64,000 nt of DNA. Origin: the human T2T-CHM13v2.0 reference genome, Homo sapiens. Positions 14,140 through 27,146 of this stretch are shown in pieces. A program made the position numbers and the translations under genes. Position 1 is the first letter of the stretch; every line of letters starts with the position of its first letter. Location of the stretch: NCBI RefSeq assembly GCF_009914755.1, contig NC_060947.1, one strand, 5' to 3'. The notes below the pieces were generated by a model that was given only the letters and a program-made list of their open reading frames with translations, made no database searches and had not been told where the DNA came from.

Positions 14140-14390
14140 TGTCAGATTTGGATTTAAATCTGGATCCTATGCAACCCTGGAAAAGTCAATGAACATTTCT
14201 ATGTCTCTTCATTTGTAAACTGGGAATAATAATAGTTTTTCATAGTGTTAAATGAAGTGTAATATTTATAGGGTTAAATAGTTCTTGCAAAGATTAAAAA
14301 AATGAGATGGTGAAACTGGAGAACTGAGTACAGTGGCTTGCACATAATAAGCAGTCAGCAAATGGTAACTCTTGTTCTTGTTACTAGCAT
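14140..14390 (+). mobile_element. MIR SINE
   Basis: ttcatttgtaaactgggaataataatag...tacagtggcttgcacataataagcagtcagcaaatggta. Confidence 0.7.
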
Positions 14391-15358
14391 CCACTTTTGG
14401 GTCACATGGCACAACTTGCCTTGCATTGTCATTCTTAATGACCATATCTTGTCTCCGTGAGAGACCATGAGCAACTTGAAGCTGTAGATATCCATATATC
14501 ATTCTGCCTCAATCAAAAGGTATATTCTTGTCTTCTCTTTTGATAACAAGCATTTAGAGTGGTTTATTTTCATTCTGTGAGCTGAGTATAACAATTTATA
14601 CTTATTTCCAAATTCTCCAGTGTTTGCTGACTATAATTGAAACCACATAAAGATACTCTGTTTAAATCCCATAAGTAATAATTCTGTGCTAACAACATTT
14701 TTGAATATTTCAAGGAAATAGCCAGTTTCTCCAGAGAATTGCTAGTATCACCAACATTTTTGGTGAAGTTTCTGTCTTAGTTTGTTTACTTTTGTAGCCA
14801 GTTTGAAATGCTAGATGTGGACTGCTGTGGACAGGGTAAAAACCAACAACAAAGTTCTCTAGCTAGTTCATTACCTTCATTATGATGTATGTGAGAGCTA
14901 GATTATTCCCTCTATGCAATAGTTGTGTTTTCTAAATTAGGGAGTTGCTTTGGGAATGAGGGGCCTGTGGTACTTCTAGAGCATTCAGGATTTCCAGATT
15001 TGTAAACAGTTATGCACAATCTTATGATGCCCTACTCACCATGACAGAGAACATATGGCCAGACTGGCCTTTCTGTAGGAGAAAGCACATTACAGGATAA
15101 GAGTGTGCTAAGCAACCTCTAGTAGACAGGGCTTGTTCTCTGGAGAAATCTGCCTATTGTGATTGTGTGGGCATGTCAGTGGACATGAGGAGTTTCTGAT
15201 TAGAAAGCCCATCTTGTCCTGGGTAGCCAAATAGCAGGTGCTTAAAAAATGGTGGTATTGACAGCCATCACCATTTCTTAACTAGGCCTCATGGATTCTG
15301 CCTAGTTAATTTGCCTGCTTTCTCTGACATGATTTATTTGTTCACTCTCCGTGCATGT

Positions 15359-15725
15359 TGCTTATTTCAACTGGGGTTGCTGTAACAAAGTACCGTAAAC
15401 TAGAAGGCTTATAAACATTAGGAATTTATTTCTCACAGTTCCAGAGGCTGAGAAGTCCCAGATCACAGTGCCAGCAGATTTGATGTCTAGTGATGTCCTC
15501 TTACATTCTTAGTATCTTCTTGCGGCAATCCTCATGTGGCAGAAAATGCAGAAAAGCAAGGCAGCTCTCTGAAGCCTCTTTTATCGGGGTACCAATCCCA
15601 TTCATGAAGGAGGAGCCCTCATGACCTAATCACCTCCCAAGGGCAACATCTTCTAATACCATAGTATTGAGGGTGAGGATTTCAACATATGAATTTGGGG
15701 GAATGTAAACATTCAGACTATAGTA
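15359..15725 (-). mobile_element. MaLR solo LTR, MLT1A-like
   Basis: gctgtaacaaagtacc...atttatttctcacagttccagaggctgagaagtcc...tttcaacatatgaatttggggg...aaacattcagactatagta; perfect 5-bp TSD catgt (15354-15358 / 15726-15730); inserted in L2-like sequence. Confidence 0.9.
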
Positions 15726-18700
15726 CATGTACTATTCCCACTGCCAGGAATACCATCCTATTTTCCCTGCTAATAATCGACTCTACCTTTGACAACAGAG
15801 CAAACAAGTTATAATATGAACTTTGTTAGTCATTGTCTTTTATCTGCTGCTGGGCTTTTCACCTACCTTTGTATCCAGTACTTACCAGGATGTCCTGAAC
15901 CCAGGATGAGCTCTCTTAATGTCTGCAGAAGGAAGGAAGACAAGGGAGGAGAAGTGGGCAATTTAGTCAAACCACTGGGGAATCAAACAACTTGTTAATA
16001 ATCCCAACTATGGAGTTTGTCCATCTAGTCCTAGCCCTGAATAGCATCCCAATTTTTTAAAAAATGAATTTCAAGTGAGAGAATGTCATGTTCACATTAG
16101 TATTGAATGAGCCACAGCACGTCCCTGATTTATTTATGTTGTGTGAAAATTTAAGTAGTGATGTAAGAACATATCACTTTGGGGACATTTGCTGTTTTTT
16201 AATTTAACCTTTGTGGCAGCAGAAACCATCTCCTCAATGAAGACCCCTAATGAAAGCTGGCAGAAATTCGTGTTTTTATTTTAACTTCATGGAAGAAAAA
16301 TAGTATGTTACTTACATAATGTTTCTAATTATAGCTTTTTCGTTATACTATTTTAATTGTCTTCTTAAATGCAATATTTGACATGCTGCCAGGAACTTCT
16401 CAATGATTTCTTCATTGAGCAAAGGGTTCTTAGACATCAGCTACGTTTCTTAAAACTGTACACTTTCGCAACATTAAAACTCAATCTTTTCTCCCAGAGT
16501 CATGTTGCATCTTATATTCCTCCCTTCCCAGGACACATCATGCCCCTTTGCATAAATATGGAGGGTGAGGTAGGGAGAACTTGAGCAGCCATTTGTAAGG
16601 CTCACTTCTTTTTAAGCTTTAAGACCTTGGGGATGTTGTGATGATATAGCTGTTTGTCTGTGGGGGAGGAAATAGGATTAAATGAAATGAAACCATACCA
16701 GAATCACTCAACTCCACATTTTTATAGTATGCATAATCTGCTTTTTTTCTGGAAGTCATGAAAGATGTTCTTTATTTCTTGTTTTACAAAAATAGCTGCC
16801 TCTGGGTATCGATAATACTAGTTTAAATTCTTCAAAAGAATCCATGAATTGTAACTGCTCTGATAGTTCTGCAGCTATTTTTTAATTTGTATTTTTGCTG
16901 AGAAAATTATAAGCTGTGGAGTAAATTTTAAGTGCAATTATATACCCCTGGAGGAAACTCTTGAGGCAGTATCATAAATGGACTTATGAGGCAACCTCCT
17001 GATAATATGGGACAGCTGATTCCATAACATATGCATCTGGTCTTACATGCTTTGGCACATTTTCATTTATCTCATTAAATCCATTCTGACACATTTTTCA
17101 TGTAATAGCTTTTCTGATAACTTCGGTTTGTAAAACATTAATATTGAATCTTTTGGGGGAAGACAGTGATGTCTCTGTTTTAATCTCCTGTAGCTATGAT
17201 GTGTATCCTGCACTTTACCGAGTGGCAGAAGGCACAGCTTGTCACTGTTAATTGTGACTGGGATATGTTGTTGATGCTAAGACTCTATCCAATGTCCTGA
17301 ACTGAAAAGTTTTCCGTAGACCACTGACAAAAATAGGCCATGGAGTCTGTGTTCCTTCAGTTTAGTTCTACATTCCATGAAAGCCACTACTACCTGGCCT
17401 GTTGCTTAGCCTTTCAGACATCTCTCCCATTCCTTCTGAATACATAATTGGCTCTCAATCTTACTACGTATGTCTAGCTAAGGGGTGCAGAATACAAACT
17501 CCAGAGCCTCCCAATATTTAGGCAAATTCTTTTGCACTTGAGGGAGCAAGGCGGTAAGTGGGGGTTTGATCAAGAGCTTCCCATCCAATCAATCATGGCT
17601 ATGATCAAAAGTAGACCACAAAAGAGGAAGGCATAATGATAAGATTCCAAATCACTGAACCTACTAAAACTATTTTCCAAATCCTATTAGAAGAGCACTA
17701 ACATACAAAACACATTGATTATACAATAGATGCCATTATGCCACATACAATATGCAATAAACACAAGTAACCATGCTATGTAACACTTTTTATCTCTACT
17801 AATCTAATAAGCAAGCTCTAACAAGCATTAATTCAACAGTAAGTACCAATAATTGTGTTAGGCTTCTTAGAATCCTAAGAAACTTTGGAGGATTGATTTG
17901 GTTTTCCATGTATTTTTAAAGTCTTTTTTTTTTTCTCTGGGAAACAGGAGCTGATAACTGTTTTCTTCCCGTCAATACATTTCCCTGTAGCAAAGACCAT
18001 CAGGAAGGCATGAAGAGGGCAGGAAATTTATTTGCTTTGAGGATCCAGAAGCTATCTATGGGCTTCTTCTAGGGATCCAAACATCTGACCTTTCTTAATC
18101 TCAACTAATGGAACGAGTCACCTTTCACCTCTTCTTCCTGTGTGGCCCCTCCCACTATTCCTTTTCCCTGCACCAGGAGGATAGAGTCCTGTTACAGAAT
18201 CCATTCAATGTTTGGATGTTGATTATACATTGTTGAAGGAACAATTAACCATTGTTACAAGGGGATGTATAAAGTGCTGAAAAGTGGTGACTTGTGATTA
18301 GAGGTGTTCCCCTTCTTTCTTGTTGAGAGACTGTTCAATTCAACTGTACTATTAATGAACACAAGAGGAATAATACACGTAACCCCTGCCCTCCGGAAGC
18401 TCATAATCTATTATGAAGACTAAGATAAATATACAAAGGATTACAATGAAATAAATAACAGGACTCTTTCTTATAACATCTTTAAGGATTCTGAATAAGT
18501 TGAATGAAGGCATCAACATGCTGATTGAGTTCATGCACTCATAGATGGGCTTTTCATGTTGATTGTAGTGGTGATTACGTTTTGTAACTGTCCTAGTGAG
18601 TGTAGGAGTCAAAGAGATAGATTAATATTTGAAACTTCCTGATTGCTTTTCATCTTGGCATCAGGTTATCATTTTACTTGCACTTATACCAGAAACTCCC

Positions 18701-19243
18701 ATGTTCAAACACTTCCTTCCATATTATGTATTTAGCCTTATCTTGATTATGACTGAAGCTGCGTTTGTCACTTTTGTTTTCAAATCATCGTGACGCTGAG
18801 ACAGTTCAATGCTTTGTCTGTGCTTAATTATGATATTGAGTTACAGAAAAACGTTTCCCTTTTTTTTCCAATTTGCCTTAATCAGGGCCTTAAGTCTGAC
18901 CTAGCTCTGAGTCATGTTGTATTTGCTCCTCAGCGAAATAGCAAAGCAGTCCCTGTTCAGGTTACACTAAATCACAAAGTGATGCGGGGGCGACAGGTTC
19001 TGCAGCAAGTTAGAATCACATGCTGTTAGGTTTTTGCCTGTATGGATCAAATTCTAACAGAAAAATAAGAAAAGGTGGAGGTCACTGCATATGTCCAGAT
19101 ACTCTGAAGTGAAATGACAGCATTAGAGTGACAGTATCTTATTCTTCAGACAAAGGAATTATACAGAATTTCTAATTAGAAAATCAAAAATACTCAAACA
19201 TTATTTAAATTATCATACGGTAAAATATCCAGTGATTATCTGT

Positions 19244-19295
19244 TATCTATCTATCTATCTATCCATCTATCTATCTATCTATCCATTCATCCATC
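19244..19295. repeat. (TATC)n/(TCCA)n tetranucleotide microsatellite
   Basis: Read directly from the sequence. Confidence 0.95.
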
Positions 19296-19579
19296 TTTCT
19301 GCTTCTGTTTACTGAGCCATCATATGAGATGTTTCATAAATTTTGCTTGGAACACCCAAATATCTTCCCTGAAACAAATATGCTGTTGGTCATCTGAGCC
19401 CTTTGCTCCTTCAAGGAAAATTAGTGGGGCAGAACAACTGAAGTTGAAACACTGGCTAGTTTTAATGTTTATAATTAGAGATTGTTTACAAGCTTGATGG
19501 ACTGGACCTGAGCCAGGAAACTATTAAAAGAGGCTGGGCCCACATCATTGTGGAGCAATGTAGGATAGGGGATTCATAT

Positions 19580-19800
19580 AAAATAGGCTTTAGAATATAA
19601 CAGCCTGCATTCACATTCAGGAACTGTCTCTTTCTAGCTGTAAGGAAGATATTTAACTGCCCTGAGTCTCACTTCCATTATCTGCAAAATGGGAACAATA
19701 ATAGTGCCTACCTTAGAGGGTTCTTTAGGATCACATGAAATAAACCATGTGAAGTGCTTAGCACAAAAATTGGCTATGCTGTATATGTGCTAACATTTAT
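19580..19800 (+). mobile_element. MIR SINE
   Basis: ctgagtctcacttccattatctgcaaaatgggaacaataatagtgcctacctt...gtgaagtgcttagcaca. Confidence 0.8.
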
Positions 19801-20681
19801 ATAGAGCTGGCTTGGTGTAAGAATGGCACTGGCTAAGATTGGTGGGAGGTAAGAACAGTTAGCAAATTAATACAGTGAGCTTCTCTCCTTGTGCTGTGTA
19901 CCTTGAACTGGGAATGATCTCATATGAAAGACTTAACTGTGCTTTCCACTTTGCTGGTGAATTATGAGAATTCTGAACTTTATGATTTTGGAATGTGAAC
20001 ATTTCATTTGATAGTGGTGATTTGTGTCCTTTATAATCTGCAAATAATCAACCTATTTATTTGAAATTAAAAAGAAGACAATTCAAGAATTGACTCATTT
20101 CCCTCTGACATCTCAGTAGTAGTACATTTGAATCTTCATTCATTCACCATGTCTAACTCATATAAAAACCTGCCCAAGCATGATGAATGAAGGTATAGTT
20201 TTGAATTTTAAAAATAAAATATATGAAACAGATGTTTGCAGCAAGCTTCCTCACTTTCTGGATGATTAGATATACATGGTGCTGACTGAATATTTTGTGG
20301 GCTCATCTGGCAGCTTAAGCACAAAGTGCATGCTTGCAAGTTAGCAACTAGAATATAAGAAGTTGAGACACATAAATGTAGTAAGTGAATAAAAGTAGAA
20401 CTTTTGATTTCTCAAGTCATTACATTTGACCTGTTGACCCCTGGTCAGGGTGGGAGTTCATAAATGACAGAGAACAACAACATAACATGAGCACATGGAG
20501 TCCAAAAAAAGGGTCAGGTGGGGAACATAATATGAGGAGGGTGAATTTTAAAATCATATTCAATTTAAATTCATTCTGATATATTTAGAAAATGTTCAGT
20601 TCTGTAATAATCTTACCTCAAGGTATAACATAGTACTGGCCGCCATGGCCAGGATTGTATTAAAGTTCCATTTGGTATAGA

Positions 20682-20879
20682 CCAGGAGCTTACAAATTAC
20701 AAATGCTTGTTTTTACAAATAAAGTACTGTCAGCACACAAATATACCCATTCATTTACATATTGTCCATAGTTGCTTTTGCACTGCAAGGGTAGAGTTGA
20801 ATAGTTGTGACAGAGACCATATAGCCCACAAAGCTGAAAATGTAGTATTTGGTCTTTCGCGGGAAAGTTTGCTGACTGC
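20682..20879 (+). mobile_element. hAT-Charlie MITE, MER58A-like
   Basis: tttttacaaataaagtact...cattcatttacatattgtc...gcagagttgaatagttgtgacagagaccatat...aaagtttgctgac pattern (here gtagagttg) typical of MER58A. Confidence 0.8.
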
Positions 20880-20909
20880 GATTTTAGAGGAACAAGAAAA
20901 AAGTTATCA

Positions 20910-21012
20910 GATACATATATGCCTATATGTGTGTCTATGTATATGTGTGTACTGTATGTGTGTGTATACCCATATATATAAAAATACAATTTAAAGCACC
21001 GTATATACATAT
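20910..21012. repeat. Degenerate (TA)/(TG) low-complexity repeat
   Basis: Read directly from the sequence. Confidence 0.7.
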
Positions 21013-21934
21013 TAATTAGAAAATTATAAAGAGTACTATACCATGCTACTAGCATGGTAGTTGGCTCTCAGTAGGTGCCCAGTGAATGAGAGTTATTAGA
21101 ATTAAAAATAGTCTGCATAAAAAATAACCTAGATTAGATCTTTAAAAAGTGTTTTGGATCAGCAAGGACTATTTTATAAAGAAAGTGAGGAGCAGGAAGA
21201 CTTGTTCATTTCTGGTAAAATGAGAACTAACCCCAATCTTTACTCTTCTTTGCCAAAATTGAGCACAATCATTGACTTAATAAGACTTAAAAATCCTCAA
21301 ACCATTTTAAAAATCTATCTTTCACTCTTATTTTTGTTCTTATGCTTTATAATTATTCAAAAAGGTTAAACTCTCATGCATCTCTCTGCTTTATAAGCTG
21401 GGAAGAGAACCAGCAATATCAAAAAACAAAAGTTCGTTCTCATAACAACTGTAATTTTGTCAAAACATGCAATGTCCTAAATGCTACCACGGAGCTCATT
21501 CGGAGTAAATTCATATATTTAGATGAAGTCAGGTGACATTGATAACTATCTGAGTAATCCATTTTCCATTTGGCCTGCTGTTATTAAAAAGTACATATTT
21601 GCATTATTTAGCATGATCCTATGTAGGGCAAAGCCTCACACTGAGCAATCTGGTTGATTCCTGTGTATTGTATTTGAGCAAAAGACCATGTAAGTAGGGG
21701 CAGAATGCAAGAAGCAGAGTATGAAGCTCTTGAGAGTAATGTATAGAACAATTTTCTGAGGCCAAATGTTAGCTTGGAAAATTTGAGAGAAGAACTGTCA
21801 ACGTAAATGTCAGGTTATTTGAAACAACATGATTCTTAAGACACAGAAACACGTTTCTCAAATATTGGATAGCTGTTTTTGTGATTTTGCTTGTTTAGTT
21901 TTAAGGTTGGCCCTTTGGCAGACATTTCCTGTAA

Positions 21935-22421
21935 CTTTTTTAAAATAAAAGTGATAGAAGTTGATTGTGGAACATTGGGAAACTGCAGAAATGAATAAAA
22001 ACTAGAATGAAAATCACCCATAATTTCATGAATAAGCAATAACCACTGTAGATAGCTCGGTGATATCTATGTCTCTATCTGGTTATTTATCTCCCCAAAA
22101 CAGAATCATAATGAGTATGTGGTTTTCTGTCATGCCTTTTTGAGCATTTTCACTTATCATTAATTTTTAAAACTTGAAGGAAGACCTTCTATAAATATTA
22201 TAGAACGTGATTACATTTTTGATTTAACATTTCCCCTTTTGTTGAACATTTAGACATTTCCATTCTTTGGTATTGTAAATAGAGCTGCAATAAACAGCAT
22301 TTTGCATGAATCATTTCATGCATATTTAGCTTTTCTCCCTTAGGATAAAATCCTAGAAGTGGAATGATTGGATCAGAGAGTATGAACATTTTTAAGTCTA
22401 TTGATACATATTTCCCAACTG
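21935..22421 (-). mobile_element. Ancient L1M (L1ME-like) 3' fragment
   Basis: ttgttgaacatttag...gctgcaataaacagc...taggataaaatcctagaagtggaatgattggatcagagagtatgaacatttt; ORF 22198-22464 contains DPIIPLLGFYPK (ORF2 C-terminal remnant). Confidence 0.8.
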
Positions 22422-22610
22422 TCCTGAGATTCCCAACTGAGCTGGGATTATAGGGGTCCGCCACAATGCCCGACTAATTTTTGTATTTTTAGTAGAGACT
22501 GGGTTTCGCCATGTTGGCCAGGCTGGTCTTGAACTCCTGACCTCAGGTGATCCACCCACCCCAGCCTCCCAAACCGCTGGGATTACAGGCATGAGCCACT
22601 GCACCCAGCC
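22422..22610 (-). mobile_element. AluSx-like element lacking its 3' part and poly(A) tail
   Basis: Complete left arm, linker and about 45 nt of right arm; ends abruptly against L1M sequence; no tail or TSD. Confidence 0.9.
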
Positions 22611-22637
22611 AAGAATATGTTTTAAGGAGTACCAACA

Positions 22638-22701
22638 ACAGTCCTGAATTTTCGATGCTAAACTCGGCAGTCCTGGGCAGATGAGAACAGTTGGTCATTC
22701 T
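22638..22701 (-). mobile_element. hAT-Blackjack MITE remnant, MER81-like
   Basis: tgctaaactcggcagtcctgggcagatgagaacagttggtcattcta resembles the MER81 terminus ...GGGACAGTTGGTCACCCTA. Confidence 0.55.
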
Positions 22702-24534
22702 ATTTTGCTTTGTGTCGCCTAGACATAGGACTTAAATCCCGGAAATGTCACGACTTTGGGTTTGGAATTTGAGAGAATCTTTACAGAAAGCTGCATTTCT
22801 GTGGGAAAGTCACTCGTTTAGTTCACATGATCCTAGAAAATATGTACACAATTATAAACCATTCTACTTTCTCTTAGGTTTTTGTACTAGACTTAACTAT
22901 GTGCATGACATTCAGGGTTCTGATTTCTTTTGAATTATGAAATAAACATGTTTATACCCAAACAAGAAAGAATGAAGAGTTGTATTTCCCAAGAAATATT
23001 GTAGAATGAGTTCAAGGATTATTACTGAGATAAGAAAGGTTGAATGCAGTGTGACAATGAAGGCCCAGTGAATTCAGAGAAGCAAAATGGTTCTGAAAGT
23101 GACATTTTCTCACATAGTCCTCTCTGCTGACATTATTGTAACCACTGAATGCACAGTGCAAGCATGGTGTTGATTTTAAATCACAGTCAGAGAAATTGGG
23201 GCTGGACACATTTTTCATTATGTTTTGAGGATAGAAGGATCATTATGTTATCCTAGGAATAGTTTTGTTAATGGAAATGCCTCTGATTCTCCCTAGATCT
23301 ATCATAAATAGATTAAAATAGCTTCAGCAGCATTTATCCTGTGCTTCATTTCACTTCCACGATGTACTGTGATTATGACAATGCCTGAACTGTGTCTGAG
23401 AATTGTAAGTTACATTCAGCCTGGAATAAGAAATTATTGTCCCACCAAGTAAATCCAGTAATGCCATCAACTTTTTAGGCACATTGTGAAAGCAATTGTG
23501 AATTAATACTTGCTTTGAGCCACAGTAGACAGAGTAGAGAGTGGACAATTCACCTGAAAGAGCTTTTTCACTTTTCTAACAAATGCATCTGCCCAAAAGC
23601 CATTTTGACTCTTTTCATAATATTAATGTTTTAAAATTAAAAATAAAACATTGAAACTAAGTCATTTGTGATTTTCTTTGTTCCAATTTACCATAGTTGG
23701 AATTTTCATCAGATTGGAAAAATAATTCACGCCCAAGGTAACAGTTACTATGCCAGGTTTAATAACCAAGCTTTGAACCCACCCAAATCAGGATTTAGAA
23801 TGGAAACAGTGACACACCTCCTGAAAGCTTTAAGCAGCATTGAATGGAGCTGCTTAAAAAGCCAGACTGGAGTTTTCTATGGGCCTTCTTAAAAAGAACT
23901 CCAATCCCTGCCTGGTTACAGAAAGCAGTATACAAGACAAATAAGAAATACTACCTTTCTTTCTTCTTTTCTGACAGAATTCACAAAAATTTCCTCAAGC
24001 TTTCAACAGTGTCTCTGTCAGTGGCTCCTCAGGAAGAAGGATGGCCTTCAGGCATCATCAAATATTCACAGGGAAGGAGGTTTTTAAGAATTGTAGTGCC
24101 AATTGCATGCTCACAGCTGGACTGACTCAATGGGTTATGAGACAATGGAAGGGCAAGTTTTTAGTGATATTGAGGAGAAGCAAAATCAGTGAAAATAAAT
24201 TGGAAATTTCCGTTGTGTAAAACAGTGAAGTATGCTGAGGTATAGAAGTGCATGCCTAGAGTTTGTATTGTTCATCTATTTGAACAAGTGCCTTAAGTGA
24301 GGCATTGTTGGATAGTTTGTCAATATAATAAATAGTATACACAGCTTTTATTAAAACATGAAGTCATGTCCTTAGAATATAACTAGGTAAGATTTTAACA
24401 TATTCCTGTGTTAAGCTGACATTCAATGCCAAGTCTAAAAATATTGAACATAAACACCTCTATTTGCCAATAGATTTAAGTGCAACTCTTCTGCATTGGG
24501 CTCTTTCCATGTTACCTCATCTATTTATGTGGCC

Positions 24535-24675
24535 CTAGAAAGAATGTGTGAAGAAAGCAGTCTTACATTTAAGAACACTATTCCTATGTATTCTGACCTC
24601 AGTTTCCTTATATGTAAAATGAACTTTATATCTCTACTATTTAATGAATTTGTTGTGACAATCAAGGGTTATGAT
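24535..24675 (+). mobile_element. MIR fragment
   Basis: ctgacctcagtttccttatatgtaaaatg...ttgttgtgacaatcaa. Confidence 0.6.
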
Positions 24676-25125
24676 CAAGGGTAACATTGATCCTGTGTTT
24701 CACTTTACTTCCTCAATGTACAAAAATATAGCTGGACGAAAGTATGGGTAGGTATAGCTTTGACCAGAATGGAAATATCTGGCTATTTGGAAACATTGAG
24801 AGATTTTTCTTTCTTTTTTTATTGTTTTAAACTACTATTTAGAACTATTATGTAACATTTTACAGATAGAATAGTTGGGGGGAAAAGTCACTGTACTTGT
24901 CGCTTAGGCCTGTGGGTGTATATGGGGAGGTCATTTACAAACAATTACTAAAGAGGTAGATGATTTTGATGGCATATCACTCAACTGTCCTCCAGTTTTT
25001 TTTGTTTTTTTTTTTTTTTCATAAAAACTTGGCCCATTATTTTGCCAATTGAAAACATTCGCAATCCAGTCTACCTTGATTTTCTGGGTCAACTCCCCAT
25101 GGCTGATTAGCTCTTTAGACTGCAA

Positions 25126-25250
25126 ACTCATTCATTTGTTTATTCAACGAATGTTTACAGAGTCCTGACTCTATGTCAGGCATGATATCAGGTGCTGGTA
25201 CTACAGCAGTGAACACAACAGACACCTTCTGTATCCTCATGGAATGTAAG
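25126..25250 (-). mobile_element. L2 3'-end fragment
   Basis: ctcattcatttgtttattcaacgaatgtttacagag...ctatgtcaggcatg...ggtgctggtactacagcagtgaaca. Confidence 0.75.
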
Positions 25251-25345
25251 CTGTGTGTCTTTTCTGTTGTGGCTGCCCAAATGCCTAGCATAGTGCCTGT
25301 TGCATAGTAGATCTTAGTGAGAGTGAGATTTGCTGATGGGTGACA
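25251..25345 (+). mobile_element. L2 3'-end fragment, opposite orientation to its neighbour
   Basis: cccaaatgcctagcatagtgcctgttgcatagtagatcttagt...atttgctgatgggtga. Confidence 0.65.
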
Positions 25346-25454
25346 GATGATAGAGTGAATCAGTATATTATTAAAAAAGTGAGCTACAATAGTTCCCTGC
25401 AAGTGTAGACTTTGTAAGCTCCAAACACTATTCTCTGCCAATAATGAACCTCAC

Positions 25455-25552
25455 TATATATATGTGCATGTATATGTGTGTGTGTATGTGTGTATATAGA
25501 TATAGATATAGATATAGATATAGATATAGATATAGATATAGATAGATATATA
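25455..25552. repeat. Compound (TA)/(TG)/(TATAGA)n microsatellite
   Basis: Read directly; tandem TATAGA hexamers at about 25495-25545. Confidence 0.95.
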
Positions 25553-25574
25553 TTTTAGGAGAACTGTTGATTAT

Positions 25575-26005
25575 TTTTACGTTTTTAAAATTTCAATAGG
25601 TTTTGGGGGAACAAGTGGTGTTTGGTTACATGAATAAATTTTTTAGTGGTGATTTCTGTGATTTTGGTGCACCCATCACCGAGCAGTGTACACTGTACCC
25701 AATGTGTAGTCTTTTATCCCTCACCCTCTCCTACCCTTTCCCCTGAGTCCCCAGAGTTCATTGTATCATTCTTATGCCTTTGCATCCTCGTAGCTTAGCT
25801 CCCACTTATAAGAGAGAACATACGATGCTTAGTTTTCCATTCCTGAGTTACTTCACTTAGAATAATGGTCTCCAATTCCATCCAGGTAGCTGCGAATGCC
25901 ATTATTTTGTTCCTTTTTATGGCTGAGTAGTATTCTATGGTATATATATATACACATGCACACATATATATGCTTAGTGATATATATATATTATGTGTGT
26001 ACATA

Positions 26006-26049
<44 letters not shown>

Positions 26050-26126
26050 ACATTTTCATTATGCATTCATTGATTCATGGCCATTTGAGCTGGTTCCATA
26101 TTTTTGCAATTCCAAATGATGCTGCT
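25575..26126 (-). mobile_element. L1PB1-like 3' end (5'-truncated) containing an internal (TA)/(TG)n repeat
   Basis: tttcaataggttttgggggaacaagtggtgtttggttacatgaataa...ttttggtgcacccatcacc is an L1PB 3' end; ORF 25795-26004 carries EYYSAIKRN...WMELETIILSE; microsatellite at 25941-26048. Confidence 0.9.
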
Positions 26127-27029
26127 TAAGCTAGATCTGCCATGCATATAACATCTCATTGTGAAGATCCAGGAAAGCAAGTTCCCTCAGATCGCTGAGG
26201 ATAGTTGACTGATTCTCATTTCGTGTACCCCATGCATCTTATAACTTCTCAGGAGCCCCTCTGTGCTCTGGCTGCTAGGGAACTGACTGCTCTTTGTGAC
26301 CCACTTGGACTAAATATCCAGGCTCTCTAAGAAAGTACTTGTGCTACTTAATCTTGGCCTGATCTCACCATCCATATTTCTTACAGTTTTAAACATTATT
26401 GTATTGTGTTTATATCCACAAACTGCCTGACATCTATTTTGTGACAGAACAGGATTGAACATGTAAAATATAAAAATGCATGTGGCACGAGGTCACTGAT
26501 CTTACAGCCCAGGCTGACGACACTTTTTCTGAATAGCTAACTTCTAGAACTCTGTGTTTGCTTTGCTGAATTACTGTATATTTTAAAATAAATATACCAT
26601 GTCCCTTCTCAAAACAACAAATATTGATTTCAAAAATCTTTTTTTAGTTTTGAGAATCTCAATGCATTTTATAGGTTAAAGGTATCTAGACTTGACCATA
26701 CTTTTCTGCTAAAATTTATCCAGCAGTACTTGACATTGTGTTGAGCACTGATAAAGTATTTAGTGAATTTAATTATACTCCATATTTTACTTCCTGGGCT
26801 TTTCCACGGGAGTACAAATCAAAATCAAAATCTTAGTCTCTGAGATATGTGTAGAACATGTTAATCGAGTATTAACCCTCAGGTTGGCTTTCATCTCTGC
26901 ATCCTAGAACCAGTATTAGTTTTGGGATGCTATATTCCAAACACTTTCTACTTTGAAGGAATGGGAAGAGATTGCTGCAGGGGTAATTTCTTATCTTCCA
27001 CCTGATTTTTTTTTTTTTAGAGAGAAGTA

Positions 27030-27146
27030 GGTGATATGGCATGGTGACTCTAGTTATTAACAATGTGTTGTATACTTGAAAATTGCTAAGAGACATTGTA
27101 AGTGTTCTCACCACAAATAACTAATACGTATGTGAGATAATACGAA
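27030..27146 (+). mobile_element. L1MA-type 3' UTR fragment
   Basis: gcatggtgactctagttattaacaatgtgttgtatacttgaaaattgctaagaga...gttctcaccacaaa...tatgtgagataat. Confidence 0.8.

Noticed and set aside
17600-17860. A/C-rich stretch reminiscent of a mitochondrial insertion (NUMT)
   Set aside because: I could not match it to any mitochondrial gene or tRNA; a BLAST against mtDNA would settle it.
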